Source: Nitrosopumilaceae archaeon (lineage in GTDB: Archaea; Thermoproteota; Nitrososphaeria; Nitrososphaerales; Nitrosopumilaceae). From it: DNA of 32,000 nt. Below the pieces are notes generated by a model. That model worked only from the letters and a program-made list of their open reading frames with translations, was not told where the DNA came from and did not search any database. The stretch spans positions 72,784 through 104,783 of the forward strand of contig DATKYM010000100.1 in NCBI GenBank assembly GCA_035528495.1, given 5' to 3'. Below, piece after piece: positions 30,707 through 32,000 of this stretch. Position 1 is the first letter of the stretch. Each line of letters opens with the position of its first letter. Both the position numbers and the translations under genes were made by a program.

Positions 30707-31314
30707 CGTCCCATCATATCAAGAAATTCTTCTTCTGTCCTTTTTTGCATTACTAGATTAGTTATTTTTTCTTTTCCAATTGTAGAAATTAAGGATGACC
30801 CATAATTGTGCCCACAGTATAGAGTGAGATTTTCATCCAAAGAATACAAAATATCAAAAAGACTGTGATAAAGTTCCTTGGCGCTACCTCCAGGTAAGTC
30901 AATACGCCCGCAATTACCCACAAAAAGTGTGTCGCCTGAAAAAATTTTTCCATCACCAACTAGACAAATACTATCTCTAGAATGTCCGGGTGTATGGAAA
31001 ACACGTAATTCTGAATTTCCAAAAGTTATCAGATCACCATCTTTGACTGTAATATCATTTTGTAATTCTGATTCTTCATGCTGAATTATTTTTGCCCCAG
31101 TTGATTTTGCCATAGCCTCATTCCCAACAGTATGATCAAAATGATGGTGAGTGTTTACAATGTATTTTATTTTTAAATTATTTCTAGTAATAACCTGTTC
31201 AATCTTGTCAAGATCCCAAGAAGGATCAATTACAATTCCTTGGTCAGTGTTATCATCTTCAACTACATATGCAAAGTTTTGCATGCTTCCAACTTGGATT
31301 TGGTGTACTTTCAT
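30703..31314 (-). CDS. metallo-beta-lactamase-fold hydrolase (glyoxalase II-like)
   Basis: THHHFDH zinc-binding motif, downstream HTPGHS and DTLF…GR.D motifs, 203 aa. The ATG overlaps the upstream stop (ATGA). Confidence 0.85.
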   Translation of the reverse strand: MKVHQIQVGSMQNFAYVVEDDNTDQGIVIDPSWDLDKIEQVITRNNLKIKYIVNTHHHFDHTVGNEAMAKSTGAKIIQHEESELQNDITVKDGDLITFGNSELRVFHTPGHSRDSICLVGDGKIFSGDTLFVGNCGRIDLPGGSAKELYHSLFDILYSLDENLTLYCGHNYGSSLISTIGKEKITNLVMQKRTEEEFLDMMGR

Positions 31315-31955
31315 AACACGCCTACCTCAGCTTCTGGAGGTATTCCAATTTTTTCAGCATAGAGTTCTCCTGTAAGATCTTTTCTTTTTGGAATTCCCCT
31401 TTTCATTTTATGAAATGTTACAGTCATGTCTGATTTTACATAAATATTTGCAGTTTCTCCACTTTCAGGGTTTAATCCAGAGGGCACATCTATTGCAAAC
31501 TTGAAACAGTTTAGTCCATTTATGTAATTTATTGCAGAGGCATATGGTTCTTTAATTTCACCTGAAATCCCAGTACCTAAAATTCCATCAATGACAACAT
31601 CTGGATTAAAATCATAACTAATTTCATTACCAGAAAGTAATTTGACAGAAGGCATTTTTTCCAAGATGGACCAATTCCAACTACTTTCCTCAGTTTTAAT
31701 TTTTTCAGGAGATCCAAGTAGAACTACAGTTACCATTGAGCCATAACCAGAAAGATGTCTTGCCATCACCAATCCATCTCCTCCATTATTTCCCATACCA
31801 ACAAAAATCAAAATTTCTTTTTTTTCAAGGTCTAATTTTTCTGCCAATCTTTTGACTGCTGCTGCTCCAGCATTTTCCATCATGAATTTTTTTAAAAATC
31901 CCATATTATGCCCGTTATTTTCGATTTGATACATTTGATCTACAGATATTTCCAT
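31311..31955 (-). CDS. nnrE: NAD(P)H-hydrate epimerase (YjeF N-terminal domain protein)
   Basis: …MENAGAAAVKRLAEKL…ILIFVGMGNNGGDGLVMARHL… is the YjeF_N/NnrE signature. At 214 aa it is the epimerase domain only. Confidence 0.85.
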   Translation of the reverse strand: MEISVDQMYQIENNGHNMGFLKKFMMENAGAAAVKRLAEKLDLEKKEILIFVGMGNNGGDGLVMARHLSGYGSMVTVVLLGSPEKIKTEESSWNWSILEKMPSVKLLSGNEISYDFNPDVVIDGILGTGISGEIKEPYASAINYINGLNCFKFAIDVPSGLNPESGETANIYVKSDMTVTFHKMKRGIPKRKDLTGELYAEKIGIPPEAEVGVL

Positions 31956-32000
31956 AAAGAATGTAAAATAGACGTAAAATATGAGCTTTGAGAATACGTT

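Noticed and set aside
1-32000. Search for tRNA, rRNA, C/D-box sRNA, CRISPR repeats, riboswitch-like leaders and defence-system genes.
   Set aside because: I could not find a T-loop-like GGTTCGAAT context outside coding sequence, regularly spaced repeats, paired C/D boxes in intergenic DNA, or nuclease/ATPase/helicase ORFs. Absence is judged by eye only and should be confirmed with tRNAscan-SE, Infernal and CRISPR finders.

Overview
AT-rich, tightly packed archaeal chromosome segment. It is most consistent with a marine ammonia-oxidising thaumarchaeon (Nitrosopumilus-like). That assignment is an inference from the archaeal rpoH-rpoB-rpoA operon, PEFG-type C-terminal sorting tails, a multicopper oxidase/ZIP pair, an archaeal-type CobT and many very short or overlapping gene junctions. 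All calls come from reading the supplied ORF translations and the DNA by eye; no HMM or BLAST search was possible.

Content, left to right:
1. RNA polymerase operon on the minus strand (rpoA partial, rpoB, rpoH).
2. A head-to-tail array of four secreted paralogues carrying a PEFG + TM + basic tail. Three of them share a nucleotide-identical 3' end that extends, less well conserved, into the intergenic terminator/promoter.
3. A divergent nickel-pincer-cofactor (Lar) biosynthesis cluster: larC-larE-cysteine desulfurase on one strand, mdh-larB on the other. No larA lies in the window.
4. A radical SAM enzyme with a possible B12-binding-like N-terminal domain.
5. A second secreted-protein locus: a 1062-aa protein, a 323-aa chimeric protein and a possible small membrane protein. 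It reuses the beta-sandwich-like module of the PEFG array but with different C-terminal anchors.
6. A metal-handling neighbourhood: a CDF exporter with three tandem cytoplasmic domains, a ZIP permease overlapping a two-domain multicopper oxidase, a small membrane protein, a wHTH protein and an unannotated Cys-rich 50-aa ORF.
7. Ribosomal proteins uS13 and uS4, both with low-complexity C-terminal tails, followed by glmS.
8. A translationally coupled cobT-like/MBL hydrolase/NAD(P)HX epimerase trio.

I found no tRNA, rRNA, CRISPR array, transposase or integrase. The items most worth follow-up are the concerted-evolution PEFG cassette array, the shared surface module with three anchoring solutions, the larA-less Lar cluster coupled to a cysteine desulfurase and mdh, and the triple-CTD CDF with the MCO-ZIP operon.
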